From contig OZ024748.1 in assembly GCA_964016885.1 (NCBI GenBank), positions 17,670,001 through 17,734,000 on the forward strand: a stretch of DNA of 64,000 nucleotides, read 5' to 3'. A model generated the notes under the pieces. The model ran no database searches. It saw nothing but the letters and a program-made list of their open reading frames with translations, and was not told the origin of the DNA. The position numbers and the translations under genes were made by a program. Source of the stretch: Eledone cirrhosa. Lineage: Eukaryota. Within the stretch, counting starts at the first letter, position 1. Each line of letters starts with the position of its first letter. Shown here in pieces: positions 12,559-27,444 of the stretch.

Positions 12559-13294
12559 TAACATTATTCTAGAATTTAATTTAATTTAAATGTTAGTTAA
12601 CCTATAAATTTAATTTAATTAATATTTTATTACAGATGAGAAAATATTATGTAATCATTAATTTTGAAAAACCTTTAAATATTACTAATATATATTCAGT
12701 AATTTAATTTATAGATTAATTTTAACTTATTTTAACCTTTTATTATAATTTTTTAATTTAGTTTAACCTTTTATTATAAAATTTTTTTTATTATAATTCT
12801 TTTACAGATAAAATATAACAAAATAATATCATGTATCCTATGACGGAGAAAGAATTTTTAGTATTATTGACCTAATTAATATACATTTTGGAAATATATT
12901 TATTATTTGGTTTTAGCTTTAATCAACCTAAAACTTTAATTTTAATTTTAATTTGCTTAAAATTAGTATCCTTGTACAGACGAATTGCAGAATTTCATGT
13001 AATCATAGAATGGGATGTGTTTTTGGATATATACCTAGTTAATATATTCTGTGCAAATTTTTTGAAAAAGATATGTATATCTATATGTATATGTATATGT
13101 GTGTATTGTATGTGTATCTGTATGTATATTTATGTGACTATATATGTATGTATGTGTGTATATATATGTATATATATATATATATATGTGTATGTATATG
13201 TATATGTATGTGTATGTGTATGTATATGTATGTGTATGCGTATTAATTTTGATTTTTATTTGCATATAATTATATTATGCTATTGATGAAATAC

Positions 13295-14382
13295 AATATC
13301 TGCTTTATGTATTGTATACCTAATTAACATATACTAATTAACATATACTATTGAAATAAATATATAATTTTTAACTTAGTTAACATATAATTTATATGCT
13401 ACTACCGATGTAATACTTTATTTTATTTTTATTTGGGTTTCTTTTCCCTATTATTAACTTTAATTTAGTTATAATGTAATTAATAATCTACTACTGTTTG
13501 ACTTCATAATTCTGCTTCAAATATTATAAACCTAACTAATTTACACCTTGGAAATCAATATGTTGACTATCTTTGGTTTAGTTGACATATGATTAATGGT
13601 ATACTTTTTTATTTTGTGATGCATAGATTTCGTATTTCCTAGCATTGAAAATATGTAAGAACATACATTGAATTAAGATATGGAAAATATTATAGGTTTC
13701 TTGAAACATATATTTACTTTGATCCCCTTCTCCAAACCCCCCCCTTTCCCCCATACTATTATCATCTGTTTTTGTAAGTGTATATGTATGAATTTGGGTA
13801 GATGGGTGTCTATATAGTTTTTTTTTTGGTATTTTTTTTTTGGTATTTATTTCTAGATATAAAAATACATATATGAGCATGTAAATATGAATGTAAGATT
13901 GAGTGTGTATATATGATTGTACATACATATGTATGTATATGTATGTATATATATGTATTATATATGTACGTGTATGTGAATGTGTGGTATATATATGTGT
14001 AGGTATATGTATATATGTGTGCGTATGTGTATGCTTATATATAGGAATATATATGTGTGTATATATGTATATATGTATATGCGTGTTTGCATGTATGTGT
14101 ATATGGGTTCTGTATATATTTGTATGTCTCTCTATTTATATGTTTATCTTCGTATCTATGTGATATATGTGTGTGTGTGTGCATGTATGCATATGTATGT
14201 GTTTATGTGTGTTTGTATGTGTGTGTGTGTATATATATGTATGTATTTGCGCACACTCACATACATATATATATATATATATATATATGTATGTGAGTGT
14301 GTATGTGTGTCTGTATGTGTGTGCGTGTGTATATATGTGTATATATATATATATGTGTATGTATGTGTATGTGTGTGTATAT

Positions 14383-14426
<44 letters not shown>

Positions 14427-14565
14427 ATATAGGTGTCTATGTGTGAATATATGTCTTTATTCGTATGTGTGTATTTATATATGTTTATATTTAGGTGTAT
14501 GTATGTATGTGTATGTATGTATGTATATGTATGTGTATGTATGTATATGTGTATATGTGTGTATA

Positions 14566-14602
<37 letters not shown>

Positions 14603-14694
14603 CTTTATTATTATTGTAATATAACTTATGTGTATATGTGTATAAGTGAGGTTGTGTATGTATATATACTATGTGTATATATAAGGGTAATGAA

Positions 14695-14725
<31 letters not shown>

Positions 14726-14824
14726 CATGTCTGTATTTTATGTGCGTGTGTATATATATATATATATGTGTATGTGTGTATGTATGTATGTATGTATGCA
14801 TATATGTGTACGTGTGTGTATGTT

Positions 14825-14866
<42 letters not shown>

Positions 14867-14981
14867 CATCTGGATGTTTGTATGTGTTTTCATGGTGGTA
14901 TGAGTGTGGGATATATATGTTTATGTATAAGTATATGTATGTGTATGTATATATATATGAGTCTATGTGTGTGTGTGTATA

Positions 14982-15030
<49 letters not shown>

Positions 15031-16146
15031 ATGTGTGTATGTGTTGCGCGTGTGTGTGTCCGTATTTTTATCTTTTTATCTTTTTATATGTGTATGTGTA
15101 TGTTCGTGTAAATGTATGTGTGTGTATGACAGTATAGGTATGTGTGTATGTATGTATGTGTAGATATCTCTATGTGCGCGTACATGTACGTATGTGTATG
15201 TATATCTGTATGCGTATGTACATTATATTATATGTAATATATTTTATTGTTTTTATTTTTTTATTTTTCATAATTTATAGATACATTTATATTAGGCTGT
15301 CTGTCTGACAACCTAATACTGACCCCTCCCCCCCCCTCCCACCTAATTTCTGTATCTTGATCTTGAAATGTGCGTACCAGTGTGTTTATGTGAGTGACTT
15401 AATTTCTATTTGCTTATGATTTTATATCCACATATATAAATGTGAGTGGGGGGTGTGTGTGTGTTTGTGTGTTCGTGGTTATGTGTATATTTATATATAT
15501 ACGCACATGTATGTGTGATTATACTGATATGTGTGAGTATGAAAAAAATATATTTATATGCTTGACTACATAAGTATCATTGCGTTTCTTATCAGCGCAT
15601 TAAGCTTACAGAGATATTAACCTTGACATTTTTTATTTGCATCCATCTTTTTAGTATGCACATACATATTATACACACATTATTGTAAAATGTGTGTAGG
15701 GTTTTACATGTATATACACACACCAAACTGCTTTTTAACCCTTTGTGTTTTCATTGGTCAATTTTGAACTGATATTTTGAATTGTTGTTATTATCAATAA
15801 ATATACTTCATTATTTCTGAAGACGGCGTATATATGTGTTAGGTATGTATATTTAATCTTGATAATTTGTATAATTTTGTATAATTTTGTACATAGATCT
15901 GTTAAATATGCATACCAATTATAGCACATATATGCCCTAGAAACGATCGTTAAATAGTGAACTTTTTTTGTTTAATATAAGGAATTGTTTGTTCATTATT
16001 TGTTTAATATTTTATCTTGACTCTGTATACCGTTTATCTTTCACCGAAATTGGATTTTCATTACATCTCTTCTTTCCATGATATCCGGAATACATTGAGT
16101 TCTTCATACGGATTGGACACTACCGTAAACTCTTGGTAGATTTATC

Positions 16147-16152
<6 letters not shown>
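13295..16152 (+). repeat. 3' pseudo-LTR of the PLE
   Basis: Direct repeat of 7098-9964, followed immediately by (TA)n. Confidence 0.93.
15807..15961 (+). ncRNA. Type I hammerhead ribozyme with extended stem II (pLTR copy 2)
   Basis: Same sequence as 9619-9773 at offset 6188. Confidence 0.75.
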
Positions 16153-17180
<1,028 letters not shown>

Positions 17181-17184
17181 TCTC

Positions 17185-17737
17185 ATGGTCGGGTCGTTGG
17201 CGACTAAACTGGCAACCCCACCAAGGTTTCTTGGTGAGGAGGGTGACTTTGGACATCCTGCAGGACTAAAAACAAAACCTGTCAAAGGGCAAAGGAGCTC
17301 TTAAGAGTTAATGGCCATCCAAAATCACCGGGAGAGATGACCCCTTAGCCTTTGTCAAGGCAGAATTCTAGGAGAAGGAAAACTCTGATATAACACCTGC
17401 AACCCTGATGGTATCCAATGATGTTGACTTGTTCTTCTTTTTGGTAAATATCATCTTGGTTAAGAGAGTGGGACTGGCTTTGTGCAGTGCCTTTGCTCAC
17501 TATAAAAGCTTCACGGCACAGGCATTGCTTTGTATCTGGAGATCTCTCTGCACTTGTCGTCACATGGTACCATGGGCCCAACACTATGTGTCAATGGTTG
17601 TCACAAGTGTAGTCTTTGTACCAGAGTTTTCAAGTCGCTGGCTGGACTAAAAAGTCACTCGTTCAGCGCATCAGTAGGGGTTCTCCTACATGGATATAAA
17701 GTAGTGGCCGTACTCGAAAACGAGTTGGCAGCCACCA
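17185..17737 (+). mobile_element. Internally deleted RTE-like LINE derivative
   Basis: 3' part encodes [17 protein letters not shown], resembling the RTE/BovB-type C-terminal zinc finger; 5' part non-coding; embedded in (TA)n. Confidence 0.55.
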
Positions 17738-17751
17738 TATATATATATATG

Positions 17752-17800
<49 letters not shown>

Positions 17801-17801
17801 G

Positions 17802-17848
<47 letters not shown>

Positions 17849-17946
17849 GTCTATATATATGTATATATATATGTATATATATATGTATATATATATGTAT
17901 ATATATATATATATATGTATATATATGTATATATATATATATATGT

Positions 17947-17981
<35 letters not shown>

Positions 17982-18059
17982 GTATATATATATATGTTAT
18001 ATATATATGTATATATATATGTATATATATGTATATATATGTATATATATATATATATG

Positions 18060-18164
<105 letters not shown>

Positions 18165-18166
18165 GT

Positions 18167-18233
<67 letters not shown>

Positions 18234-18235
18234 GT

Positions 18236-18289
<54 letters not shown>

Positions 18290-18475
18290 ATATATATATA
18301 TATGTTATATGTGTGTGTTATGAAGACAAAAGAATGAAAGAATTAGGCATAAACCTACGGCAAGAATTTAACAGAAGATCGATTTAGAATTTGTTCAATA
18401 AAATTGTAAAATTGTTTCTTATTATTAATTTTACTGAGAGCTACTTCATTCCATTTATTGCATGAATTTATGTAC

Positions 18476-18522
<47 letters not shown>

Positions 18523-18629
18523 TTATATATAACATATATATATCATATATATATATATACATACACATTATGTATAACATATATATATACATACACATTA
18601 TGTATAACATATATATACCATATATATAT

Positions 18630-18666
<37 letters not shown>

Positions 18667-18797
18667 ATATATATATATATATGATATATGCATATAACAT
18701 ATATGCATATTACATATATATAATATATATATATATATATAAAATATGTATATATATATAATATGTATATGTATATATCTGTGTGTATACATTTATA

Positions 18798-18834
<37 letters not shown>

Positions 18835-18842
18835 GTATGTAT

Positions 18843-18909
<67 letters not shown>

Positions 18910-18990
18910 TTATAATATGTATATATCTATATGTATACGTAGATTTATGCATACACAGATATATACTAAAATTATTCACAAATGACATAG

Positions 18991-19039
<49 letters not shown>

Positions 19040-19769
19040 CACACAAGTGTGTGTATGCATGTGTGTGTGTGTGTACATCCAATATATTACTCTTCCAAAT
19101 CTAAAACTGTTGGCAGCTAAGACTGCCTCCAGCAATATGTCTGCTTCATTTTAACAAAATGTTTAAGTTTTAATATTTCTATTTTATATCTATTTCCATA
19201 GTCAATATTCAGCTAGATAATATATCTTTATATTCTTTCATTGTTTTACTAGTTTCTCCAGTCATTAAACTTCACTATGGCCATGCTGGGGCATATATGA
19301 TCATTACTGTTTAGCAGCCATTTTTCCATGCTTACATGGGTTAAACCGGTGGTCCATGCAAGGAGGCAAGTCTGGCCAGAGTTGACCACACCATACCTTA
19401 CTCTGATGAGGACTGTATTCTCAGAAAAGTCCAGAAACATCAATTTGATTGGCCTAACTGTTTTATTATTTGTGAGGGGAAAGAATTTGATTCATACTTA
19501 GTCTCTCCTTAGTGAAGCTGACTTTGGCAGGATTTGAACTGAGAATGTAAGGGACATAACTAAATGCTGCAAAGGATTTTACTCAATGCTTTAATGATTC
19601 TACCTATCTACTGCCTTGTTTCAACATGGCCATCGATTTTGGAGGAGAAGAAAGTCGATTAAATTAACCCAAGTCTATTACTGGTACTTTATTCTATCAA
19701 CCCCGTAAGGATGAAAGACAAAGCTAACCTCGGTGGGATTTGAACTCAAAACGTAAAGGATCAAAACTA

Positions 19770-19940
19770 CACCTGATGTACCCCTTCCATACACATGCAC
19801 ACATGTGTATATCATGACTCATGCACTGTTCATTTTCCTGACGTTTGTACATAACCCTATGTACTATACATACACTTTTTGATGAGTTGTAGTGCACCTG
19901 AGCACTGTACACAATATTTTCATTATTATCATTATTATTA
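19770..19940 (+). mobile_element. CR1-like LINE 3' UTR remnant
   Basis: Matches the reverse complement of ~30981-31135 (GAGTTGTAGTGCACCTGAGCAC...(ATT)n). Confidence 0.65.
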
Positions 19941-19969
19941 TAACTCTATGCTGCTAGATGGTTAGTACA

Positions 19970-20150
19970 CTTTAATTTGGCACAAGGTCAGCAATTACCA
20001 CAGTGCATTACTGGTACTTTATTTTATCAACCCTGTAAGGATGAAAGGCAAAGCTACCTCGGCAGTATTTGAACTCAGAATGTAAAGAGTCATAACTCTA
20101 TGTCACACAGTATGATGTTTGACACTCTACCAATACTGTCAATCCACTGC
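19970..20150 (-). mobile_element. SINE family A, diverged copy (further fragments at ~19510-19760)
   Basis: Similarity to 17-210. Confidence 0.7.
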
Positions 20151-20304
20151 ATTTTCAACACCATTTCAGTAATGAGAAATTTACCATATATAAACGAATA
20201 TAAGCTGACCCAACCCCCACTATTTTATGTCCGAGAAATATTCAACCATCCAACCCCTTTTATAACCCAAGGCAGCTAATCAACACATTTTTGAGATGTC
20301 ATAT

Positions 20305-20520
20305 CCCTTTAGCATTTACATTACTCTATATTTACTATTGTATTTTTGTGGTAAAGGCTTTATTTTACATAATTTTTTCACTTAGTATCGAATCTATGAG
20401 ATTTTAAGGTTATTTATTTTGAGAGCAATACCTTAACAAAAGTATGAGTGGCTGGTTGCAGCTAGTTTGAACAGAAAGAGATGAAAGAATTCTGGCTGGA
20501 TATGGCCAGTTTAAATAAGC
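20305..20520. mobile_element. piggyBac-type MITE, diverged copy
   Basis: Homologous to 36180-36400, starting CCCTTTAGCATTTACATT. Confidence 0.6.
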
Positions 20521-21055
20521 CAATGCCCCTACATTTTACAATCAACTTCTGGGTCAAATATCCTTCAGCTTATATTTGAGTATATACTAAATCCCACTAA
20601 ATTCTTGATCATTTCTAAATGATTTTAAACCATTGATATTGTATTTAATTAGCAATATCAATATCATCAGGAAATTCTTAACTGTTAGAATAGAGAAATT
20701 TAATCAAAGAAAAAGAAATAATACTAATTTATATATATATACATGTATGTGTGTGAGTGTGTATAATATATATATATATATATATATATAATATAAAGTA
20801 TATATCCCTACACGCAAAAAGCGTCTAGGGACACATGTATTGTCCAAACCATTTGCTAAACCTTGATTATATATATATGTAGGTGCCCACGGCAAAAAAG
20901 CACCCAGCACTCACTGTAAATGAGGTTGGTGTTAGGAAGGGCATCCAGCTGTAGAAATCAAGCCAGAATCAGTTTCCTGTCCCACCCTTGCAAGCAGGGA
21001 AAAGCGGACGTAAAATGATGATGATGATGATGATGAATATACATATATATTATAC

Positions 21056-21086
<31 letters not shown>

Positions 21087-21423
21087 TATATTATATATAT
21101 ATATATAGATATATTTATATATATATCATATATCATATATTATATATATATATATATATATAAATATATTTATAGATGTATATATATCATATATATATAT
21201 CATATATATGTATATATATATATATCATATGTATATACATGTATTTATATCATATATATATATATATATGATATATATATATCATATATATGTATATATA
21301 TATATATCATATGTATATACATGTATATATATATATATATATCATATATATATATATATCATATATATATATATATATATACATACATATATATCATATA
21401 TATGTGTATATATATATATATAT

Positions 21424-21474
<51 letters not shown>

Positions 21475-21598
21475 CATGTATATATATATATTATATATAT
21501 ATATATATATACATATATACCATATATATATATACATAGTCCAGAAATAGCCGTCGAAATGGCTAGAGCTCTGCCGTCGGGGTCATACTTTCTTCTCT

Positions 21599-21629
<31 letters not shown>

Positions 21630-21849
21630 CATCATCATCATCACCGCTTTACGTCCGTTCTTCCACGCTAGCACGGGTTAGACGGGTTGTCCTATTATGA
21701 GCAGTGTCTGGTCGGCTGACCATGCCTTGCTCATACAGGAACTGATTTGGCTTGATTTCTACAGCTGGATGCCCTTCCTAACACCAACCTCATTTACAGT
21801 GAGTGCTGGGTGTAAATGAGGTTATATATTTATATATATATATATATCA

Positions 21850-23080
21850 ATTAAAATAACAGATTAAAGTTTAAGCAAAGAATCGCTGCTTTCACCCTTA
21901 ACGGGATCTTCTGAAACTAACAAAGTCAATCTGTAAACTAACAAAGTCAATCTGTAAACATTATACCCTAACGGATAGTACGATCTATACGTGGATTTTT
22001 TACGTCTTGATGTGGTAGCTAAGTACATGTTTTGTTTATACCATTACTTATTTGCATAGGTAAGTATATATTACCTGTATGTTTTGTGAATGTACGTATA
22101 CTTTCTCATACATATATTTGATTGATTATGTTATGGCGTATACATTTTTTATATTTTCTGGTACATATGGTTTGGTTATGTGTATACGGGAGTTTTGCGT
22201 CTGCATGTGTATGCAGGTTCGTACGTATGTAGGGTGTGTGTATATGTGTACTTCATGTTTTGGATGACTTACGTCTCCGAACATTTGTGTATTTACATGT
22301 AGGTATGTGTGTGCGCTTGTTATATACGTATTTATTTATTTATATACGTTTATTTAATTATTTATTTGTATACACGCACACACACACACACACGCATATT
22401 TATATGTGCGTGGTTTTGTATACCTATGGCGAGTGTTTTGCGTATGCTTGTGTATGTACGTATTTGAATGTGTGTATGCATTTATTTAATTTCTATTACC
22501 CCTGTATTGTATTTATTTACTTTATTCTTAACTCTGAAGCGGAGATTCATTCGGTTTCCTAGTTAGAATTTAGTCTATGACTTCAGCTATACCATTTACG
22601 TGGTTTTGTCTTTGCGTACAATTGTTCTCCACGCTCCACATATGACGTATTATCTTCGTTTTTTCCGTTCATTGCCAGAGAAGGTCTCTATGAACCACCT
22701 AAGAGAACATTAGTCTACGACTTCTTTTATACCATAAACGTGGTTCTGTCTTTGCACGTAATTGTTTTACACCGCTCCTATTAATGACGTATTATATTCG
22801 TTTTTTCCCGTTCTTTACCAGGGAACGTTTCCACGAACCAAAGTATCGTCTTCCTGTCTTCCTCCGGTTGCAACGTTCTTTGAAATATCCACTTTTGCGT
22901 TTACAGATTGACTTTGTTAGTTTCAGAAGATCCCGGTAAGGGTGAAAGCTGCGATTCTTTGCTTAAACTTTAATCTGTTATTTTAATAAAAATTTGCTCT
23001 ACGGTTCTTATATATTTGATATATATTTATCCTTATCGAACCCTCTTTGGATTTTAGTCTTCAAATTTATTATTATTACT
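21850..23080 (+). mobile_element. Non-autonomous PLE-like element with inverted partial pLTR and variant hammerheads
   Basis: 21850-21938 is the inverted copy of 22899-22987; ~90-bp tail then TA-rich tract; (TA)n also on the 5' side. Confidence 0.7.
22920..22968 (+). ncRNA. Variant hammerhead (CAGAAGA core); antisense twin at ~21869-21917
   Basis: GTTT-CAGAAGA-T-CCC(GGTAA)GGG-T-GAA-AGC..GCT-T-AAAC; all three stems formable. Confidence 0.55.
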
Positions 23081-23088
23081 ATACATAC

Positions 23089-23119
<31 letters not shown>

Positions 23120-23386
23120 CAGAGAAATAGTTGATTAGTAAGTGGAAGGCATTCGAGGGTGACAAATTTAGATTTGAGACCGAATAAGAATACTGTACAT
23201 GTCTTTGATGAAATGGAAGTGACATTTTGATGTAATGTTTTAGCAACTTAATCAAATAAAAGAGAAATTTTTGGTCTTTCTTTTTCACTACAACTTCACA
23301 AACGAATCTCATTGATAGCCATCTCTCTTCAGAGATGATTGATATATGTAAATATATATAGATATATGTGTGTGTATGTGTGTGTG

Positions 23387-23425
<39 letters not shown>

Positions 23426-23611
23426 CTATTTACATATATACACACAAACATACATGTGTATATATATATATTTATATATACATTATATATATATATATTA
23501 TATATATTATATATATATATATATACATATATGTAAATATATATATAGATATGTGTGTGTATATATATATATATAAACCTATTTATATATATATATATAG
23601 AGAGAGAGATA

Positions 23612-23642
<31 letters not shown>

Positions 23643-23720
23643 CACATAATATATATGTGTGTGCGTATATATATACACATGTACATATATATTTATATCT
23701 ATCTATCTATTTACATATAT

Positions 23721-23867
<147 letters not shown>

Positions 23868-24249
23868 CATATTCAACACCCTGTTTCATTTATGTAATCA
23901 AATTTATCATTGTTTGAAGGTTTGACATTCTCACTTCAGAAATTGTTAGTATGTCGTCCATTTTACCTGTCATTTCATTCAGGTAGTAGTTAAAGGTAAC
24001 ACTCTCACACGCATACAAACACACACACGTACACACACATGTACACACACACATACACACACTCATATAGAAACGTACATATCCACTCTCACACTCATGT
24101 GTGTACAAAGCTATACTCTCACACAAATATTCACACTCACACATAAACACAAATAAACTCCAAATAAATATATCTCTATACCTATATGTAGATATAGAGA
24201 TTGTAGGTTTCATTTTGTGTGTGTATACACACAGACATACGCACACACC

Positions 24250-24282
<33 letters not shown>

Positions 24283-24429
24283 TTTATTTATATATATATA
24301 TATGTATATGTGTATATATATATATATATATAATAACTAGGAATTGATCAACATATATATAAATAAATATAAACATGAAAAATCACAGGAGATAATTTTT
24401 ATATATATGTATATGTGTATATATATATA

Positions 24430-24498
<69 letters not shown>

Positions 24499-24538
24499 AT
24501 ATATATATATGTATATGTGTATATATATATGTATTTAA

Positions 24539-24575
<37 letters not shown>

Positions 24576-24646
24576 ATCTTCATATATATATATATATATA
24601 TATACATCTATATATTTATATATTTATATATACGTCTATAAATGTG

Positions 24647-24688
<42 letters not shown>

Positions 24689-25077
24689 TTCAAAAATCTG
24701 TGCCAGCCTTAGAAGATTGATTTTAAAAAATACTAATCATAGCTGCAACTTTTACTCACTATTACTATTATTCATATATATGTATATATTTTGGTGATTA
24801 TATATATATATATATATATATAGTTATGTAATAAACAACATAAGATTATTATTTAATTTACCAGTGGTTTCTTGAAAGCAAACAAAATTTGCTTTCAGTC
24901 ATCAGAATGAAAAAATTGTGGTGTATTTATTGACAGTGGATTTTAAAAACAAAAATATAATCTATATGAAAGTGAGGCTGGAAAAGGAAGAAGGAAAGGA
25001 AAAAGAATAAATATAAAAGTAGATAAACATAAATGCACACACACACATACATGCACACACACATATGCATACACACT

Positions 25078-25108
<31 letters not shown>

Positions 25109-25172
25109 TAAGGTAATGAATTCTTTTACAATGGAATCAGCTCGAAGGAGGAAAAATACCCCCTGAGCAGTG

Positions 25173-25356
25173 TATAAATTAATATGTATGTGATGAAACA
25201 CAGATACCAACACATCTGTATATATATTGCAAAAGAAAAATTTAGCCAGATTGAAGTATACTAATTATTATACTTCAATCTGGCTAAATTTTTCTTTTGC
25301 AATATATATACAGATGTGTTGGTATCTGTGTTTCATCACATACATATTAATTTATA
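25173..25356. repeat. Palindrome with 88-bp arms and 8-nt spacer
   Basis: 25173-25260 is the reverse complement of 25269-25356; no mismatch seen by eye. Confidence 0.9.
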
Positions 25357-25387
25357 TATATATATATAGATACATACACACATATAT

Positions 25388-25430
<43 letters not shown>

Positions 25431-25517
25431 CATATATATACATATATATACACATATATATACATATATATACACATATATATACACATATATATACACA
25501 TACACATAAATACACAA

Positions 25518-25568
<51 letters not shown>

Positions 25569-25906
25569 TACTCATACATATATACACACGTACATATACA
25601 CACATATATACACACATACATACGCACACACATATATAGATATATGTACACACACCTACATACGCACACACACAATTAATTATAAGAAAAAATAAAAATA
25701 ATAAACAATGAACAACCATATAATGCAATAGGCCGTCACATAAAAATTAAAAATATACGACTTAAGAAAATAGAAATTATAATAAAGTTGACAGTGATAC
25801 AGGAAAGGACACAAATAAATAAACAAACACACGTGGTAAGCAATACACATACATACATATAAATATATACATACACACACACACACATACACACACATAC
25901 ACACAC

Positions 25907-25939
<33 letters not shown>

Positions 25940-26324
25940 CACACATATATATATATATATATAAAGGTGGAAGGGGTAAATAAATAGATAAAGGTATAAA
26001 TGTTTATAGCTGATTTAGAGCACTCAACAAGTTCCTGGAGCAAATAATCAATAAAAATAAACATTAAATCACTCTGTATGTAATTATGCATATACATACA
26101 CACACACACACACACACACAACCATACAAATACACACATATATATATATATATATAGGAAAAAGTATGACCCCGACGGCAGAGCTCAAGCCGTTTCGACG
26201 GCTATTATATATATATATATAAAAATAGACATATCCACTCACACACACACACACTAATATACGCACACACATATATACAAAAAGTTACGTCACCACCTTA
26301 ATAAAAATACACACACACGTATAA

Positions 26325-26391
<67 letters not shown>

Positions 26392-26595
26392 CATATACAT
26401 ACAGATATATATATATATAATAAGCTCTGTTACCTACATAGAACACTCTTTTTTCCTGAACCTTTCCGACGGAATTACTTCATATATATATATATATATA
26501 TATATATGTAGAAGTTATATTTAATTTGTTGGTATACAACAAGCAAATATTTTTATAACTGATATAAAGCACTCAACAAAATTTTTGGAGTAAAA

Positions 26596-27149
26596 ATACA
26601 ATATATTAACAAATGGAAACTATATTTATAAAACCATATTTATTTCATTATACATATTTCAAGGACACCAAAGCAAATTATGGTGCGCTTTCATCAGATA
26701 AAATATAATTGTTTCTACTTTAGGCACAAGGCCAGCAATTATCCAGTGCATTACTGGTACTTTATTTTATCGACGCTGTAAGGATGAAAGGCAAAGTAAA
26801 CCTCGGCGGGATTTGAACTCAGACCGTAAAGGGACATAACTATGCTGGAAAGCATGGCGTCTGATTCTCTACCGATACTGCCAATCCACCGCCCATCAGA
26901 TAAAATATAATATAGATCAGTTTTATAAACAAATATTGACATACCCTTAAAGAATGTGACCATGTCATGAGCTTCCAACCGACATGGTCGCATTCTTTAA
27001 GGGTATGTCAATATTTGTTTATAAAACTGATCTATATTATATTTTATCTGATGAAAGCGCACCATAATTTGCTTTGGTGTCCTTGAAATATGTATAATGA
27101 AATAAATATGGTTTTATAAATATAGTTTCCATTTGTTAATATATTGTAT
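26596..27149. mobile_element. Fold-back element with hammerhead-like motif in both arms; left arm interrupted by a SINE
   Basis: Arms meet at spacer 26967-26980; CTGATGA-AAGCGCACCA...TGGTGTCCTT-GAAA at 27048-27088. Confidence 0.75.
26710..26893 (-). mobile_element. SINE family A with 18-bp target-site duplication
   Basis: TSD CATCAGATAAAATATAAT at 26692-26709 and 26894-26911. Confidence 0.9.
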
Positions 27150-27444
27150 ATATATATATATATATGAATTAGTAGATCATTACTAATAGTGATTTCTTGA
27201 CTGTATTAAAAACCAAATCATTCTTCGGACAATATAAGGCAGGTGACTTTTCATGAAGCATCAGGGTGAGGGTGAGAGAGAAACAGGTGGGGAATTATTG
27301 TATCATATTATACCTGAAGATACTGGAATATTGTTGAAATATAATATGAGTTGTGACCAGTAAATAGTGTCAGCAATGGAAATTCTGATTGGTCTGATTT
27401 GTCGATTTCTATCCATGTTAATGCTTGAAATAGCAGGAAGAGTG

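Larger units (their letters stand above)
7098..16152 (+). mobile_element. Full-length Penelope-like retroelement (C-terminal GIY-YIG type, Hydra-clade-like)
   Basis: Intact RT-GIY-YIG ORF between two ~2.9-kb direct repeats, each with a hammerhead; 3' end abuts (TA)n. Confidence 0.92.

Noticed and set aside
7098-16152. LTR retrotransposon, or Naiad-type selenoprotein PLE
   Set aside because: No TG..CA ends, gag, protease, RNase H or integrase. The endonuclease is C-terminal and there is no in-frame TGA, so neither Naiad domain order nor selenocysteine.
19403-19440. Hammerhead-like CTGATGA-GGACT...AGTCC-A-GAAAC
   Set aside because: No stem I pairing, and the 5' part aligns with a SINE/RTE remnant; likely chance or fully decayed.
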